The translations under genes were made by a program, and so were the position numbers. A DNA stretch of 61,120 nt, the filler included. It is 5 parts of 5 records of this genome, joined end to end, with 100 filler letters (N's around TTAATTAATTAA, not from the genome) between each part and the next. Parts side by side here need not be neighbours in the genome. Positions count along the whole stretch, not along the records: positions 53,325 to 61,120 come from SRR2962707_1584; 4 more parts are not named here. One strand, given 5' to 3'. Shown here one piece after another: positions 58,616 to 61,120 of this stretch. Under the pieces are notes generated by a model, which was not told the origin of the DNA, searched no databases, and saw only the letters and a program-made list of their open reading frames with translations. Every line of letters starts with the position of its first letter. The first letter of the stretch is position 1.

Positions 58616-59770
58616 ATGACACTTCACTTCAGCACGGTGGAATTTTCCAGCCGCCGGGACCGGACATGTGCGGCGATGGTGGAAGCGGGCCTCGACGGCA
58701 TGCTGCTGTTCCGTCAGGAAAGCATGTACTACCTGACCGGCTACGACACCTTCGGCTATGTGTTCTTCCAGTGCCTGTATCTGGGGGCGGATGGCACCAT
58801 GACGTTGCTGACCCGCGCTCCGGACCTGCGCCAGGCGCAGAACACATCGGTCATTCAGGATATCCGGATCTGGGTCGATGCGCCGGATGCCGAACCGGCA
58901 CGGGAACTGCGCGGGATTCTTGAAGAGCATGGCTGCAAGGGGAAACGTCTGGGCGTCGAATACGAGTCCTATGGCCTCACGGCCAGGAACGGAAAACGTC
59001 TGGATGCGGCGCTCGACGGGTTTTGCGATCTGGAAGATGCCTCCGAACTGATCAGCCGGTTGCGGGTCGTCAAAAGCGCGGCTGAAATCGCCTATGTGCG
59101 CCGTGCCGCCGAACTGGCGGATGATGCCCTGGATGCGGCGATCGAGGTCGCCCAGCCGGGGGTGTCCGAATCCGACGTGCTGGCGGCGATGCAGGGGGCG
59201 GTGTTCAAGGGTGGCGGCGGTTATCCCGGCAACCCGTTTATCATCGGGTCTGCCGAAGATGCGCTGCTGTGCCGGACCAAGGCCGGGCGCCGCAGCCTTG
59301 ATCGCAACGATCAACTCAACATCGAATGGGCGGGGGCGTACCTGCATTATCATGCGGCGATGTTCCGGACCCTGGTTTTCGGCGACATGCCGGATCGCCA
59401 GAAACAGATGTACGATGTGGCGCATGAGGCGCTGTTGGCGGTCGAGGACGCTTTGCGCCCCGGGAATATCGTCGGCGATGCGTTTCAGGCCCATGCGGAT
59501 GTCATCGACAGGGCCGGGATGCGCGAACACAGGCTGAATGCCTGCGGCTACAGCCTCGGCACCACGTTTCAGCCGAACTGGATGGACTGGCCGATGCTGT
59601 ATGCCGACAACCCGGTCGAGATTGAGCCGGGCATGGTCTATTTCTGTCATATGATCATTTTCGACAGCGACGCCCAGTTGGCCATGTGCCTGGGGGAAAC
59701 GGTGCTGACCACGGATGGCGCGGCGGAACGTCTGTCACGTTCGCCGCTTGATCTGATCCACAAGGCGTAA
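58616..59770 (+). CDS. M24 pita-bread fold hydrolase (creatinase/DoeA-like)
   Basis: Creatinase_N-like region (SMYYLTGY), RLRVVKSAAEI, YHAAMFRT and CGYSLG motifs. Confidence 0.85.
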   Translation: MTLHFSTVEFSSRRDRTCAAMVEAGLDGMLLFRQESMYYLTGYDTFGYVFFQCLYLGADGTMTLLTRAPDLRQAQNTSVIQDIRIWVDAPDAEPARELRGILEEHGCKGKRLGVEYESYGLTARNGKRLDAALDGFCDLEDASELISRLRVVKSAAEIAYVRRAAELADDALDAAIEVAQPGVSESDVLAAMQGAVFKGGGGYPGNPFIIGSAEDALLCRTKAGRRSLDRNDQLNIEWAGAYLHYHAAMFRTLVFGDMPDRQKQMYDVAHEALLAVEDALRPGNIVGDAFQAHADVIDRAGMREHRLNACGYSLGTTFQPNWMDWPMLYADNPVEIEPGMVYFCHMIIFDSDAQLAMCLGETVLTTDGAAERLSRSPLDLIHKA

Positions 59771-59776
59771 CACACC

Positions 59777-59857
59777 ATGCCGCATATGATGATCTTCCTG
59801 ATTGTGCTGATGCTGGGCATGCTGGCGACGTGCGTGATCGGCTTCGGTCCCGCGTGA
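59777..59857 (+). CDS. Candidate 26-aa membrane microprotein
   Basis: MPHMMIFLIVLMLGMLATCVIGFGPA fills the intergenic gap. Confidence 0.4.
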   Translation: MPHMMIFLIVLMLGMLATCVIGFGPA

Positions 59858-59867
59858 GCATAGGAAC

Positions 59868-60860
59868 GTGATACGCGCCCTTACCCTGTTCTGCCTGGTG
59901 GTGATGACCCTGAACGCTTGCGGTCCGCTGCCGCGGCCGTTCGGCCGCGATGAAGGCGACAGCGGCAACAAGCTGGCGCGCGATATCTTCTTTGAAGGGG
60001 TGGAGGTTCAGCCGCTCGACGGGACCACGCTGCCAATGGGCAAGCTGATCGCTGATTCAATCATCACCGGCCTGGAAAAGACCCATGAAATTCCAGCCGC
60101 GATGACCGGCTTTGACGGCAGCCAGTACCTGCTGACCGGTACCGTCATCGACAATGAAGGCAAGCCGGATGCCGCCAGCCTGATTACCATCGACTGGACA
60201 CTGGCATCGCGCACCGGGGAACTGGTCGAGAACTTCATTCAGAACGTGGAGACGACGCGGGTAGAATGGGACTATGGCGCTCTGCCGCTTTTGCAGCAGA
60301 TCGGCAAGGACGTCAGTGACAGGGTCGCCCAGAGGGTGCTCGGAGACAGATACGGCATTGCCGGGCAGGACCGCTTGCTGGGCCGGACGGCACTTCTGAT
60401 CGGCGAGGTGACCGGCGCCCCCGGTGACGGGAACACGTCGCTCCGCCGCGCCATGTCGGTGGCGTTGGGCGGCGGCGGGGTCAAGCTGACCAATAAACCC
60501 GAAGAAGCCCTGTTTACGCTGAGCGGTAATGTGGAGATGGGCGCACCGGACAACAACGCCCAGAAAATCCGGATTCTGTGGCTGGTCAAGGATATCGACG
60601 GCAAGGAACTGGGCCGTGCCGAACAGTCCAACATGGTCGCGGCGGGAAGCCTTGATGGCCGGTGGGGACGGACCGCAGCCTTTGTCGCGGCGGCGGCAAG
60701 TGACGGCATCAGGGCCGTGGTCGAACGCCACGATCCGACCCGATTGCGAGGGCCGGACCTCGGTGCACCGCGCAAGCCCCGCGTGTTGCCGCCGTCCTCG
60801 TCATCGATGACGCGGCCTCTCAAGCAGGTACCGGGACGGGCGCCGCCGCCACCGGGCTAG
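59868..60860 (+). CDS. Hypothetical lipoprotein
   Basis: LNAC lipobox; GPLPRPF and VTGAPGDG motifs. Confidence 0.8.
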   Translation: MIRALTLFCLVVMTLNACGPLPRPFGRDEGDSGNKLARDIFFEGVEVQPLDGTTLPMGKLIADSIITGLEKTHEIPAAMTGFDGSQYLLTGTVIDNEGKPDAASLITIDWTLASRTGELVENFIQNVETTRVEWDYGALPLLQQIGKDVSDRVAQRVLGDRYGIAGQDRLLGRTALLIGEVTGAPGDGNTSLRRAMSVALGGGGVKLTNKPEEALFTLSGNVEMGAPDNNAQKIRILWLVKDIDGKELGRAEQSNMVAAGSLDGRWGRTAAFVAAAASDGIRAVVERHDPTRLRGPDLGAPRKPRVLPPSSSSMTRPLKQVPGRAPPPPG

Positions 60861-60971
60861 GCAGTGATCCCGGCTTGAACGCCTGTTTTTACTGAAAACG
60901 CCCGCCGGGACTGGTAGATTCTAGTCGTGGCGACATGGATCTCGAGACATGGGAATTCGTGGCGGCCGGGC

Positions 60972-61120
60972 ATGCGTGGCCGGACGTTGTCTCTTGCCGT
61001 CTATGCCTTGCTGAGCCTCATGTTGGTGCTGACCGGGTGCAGCTCGGACAACGCCGCATCCCCGCCCGCAAGCGCCAGCATGAGCAGCGAATCGGGACCC
61101 GCCGGCGCGGACATGGCAGG
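60972..61120 (+). CDS. Putative lipoprotein, 3' truncated
   Basis: MRGRTLSLAVYALLSLMLVLTGC signal with LTGC lipobox; frame open to window end. Confidence 0.6.
   Translation, partial: MRGRTLSLAVYALLSLMLVLTGCSSDNAASPPASASMSSESGPAGADMA

Noticed and set aside
1..61120. CRISPR arrays, tRNA/rRNA genes, transposases and prophage genes
   Set aside because: None seen by eye; no spaced repeats or matching motifs

Overview
The window is not one locus. It holds five unrelated contigs joined by 100-bp N spacers that each contain TTAATTAATTAA (15748-15847, 30809-30908, 47463-47562, 53225-53324). Taxon calls below are inferred from composition and gene content. (1) 1-15747, high-GC alphaproteobacterium (Parvibaculum-like): trcR, quinone oxidoreductase, rcdA, rpmE, ABC exporter, paraoxonase-like lactonase, an orphan MotA/MotB-like pair with two OmpA-like genes, suhB, efp, Sel1 protein, thiE, fba. 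(2) 15848-30808, Roseobacter-group: VOC protein, Fe3+ ABC ATPase, SSS symporter, AlkC, SDR, Hint protein, prfC, DEAD-box helicase, rnj, coaX, birA, partial nuoN. (3) 30909-47462, Devosia/Pelagibacterium-like: ptrB, msrB, mrpABCDEFG, mucR, gafY/gafZ-like GTA activators, sufE, divJ-like kinase and neighbours. (4) 47563-53224, low-GC gammaproteobacterium (Pseudoalteromonas-like): trp(G)DCFBA, PfpI, HU. (5) 53325-61120, Rhodospirillales-like: ubiK, hldD, lgt, midA-like methyltransferase, a two-gene inverted insert, pgeF, M24-fold hydrolase, lipoproteins. Most content is housekeeping; I saw no CRISPR array, rRNA, tRNA or transposase. The best leads are the non-flagellar MotAB/ZorAB-like motor cluster, a candidate SD-sequestering pseudoknot leader plus CRP-type operator on an SSS transporter, a three-hairpin candidate sRNA behind a CtrA-like box upstream of rcdA, a two-gene insert with SqrR-like boxes, gafYZ with a RogA-like operator, and a triple Pho box. 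All were found by eye and need computational confirmation.
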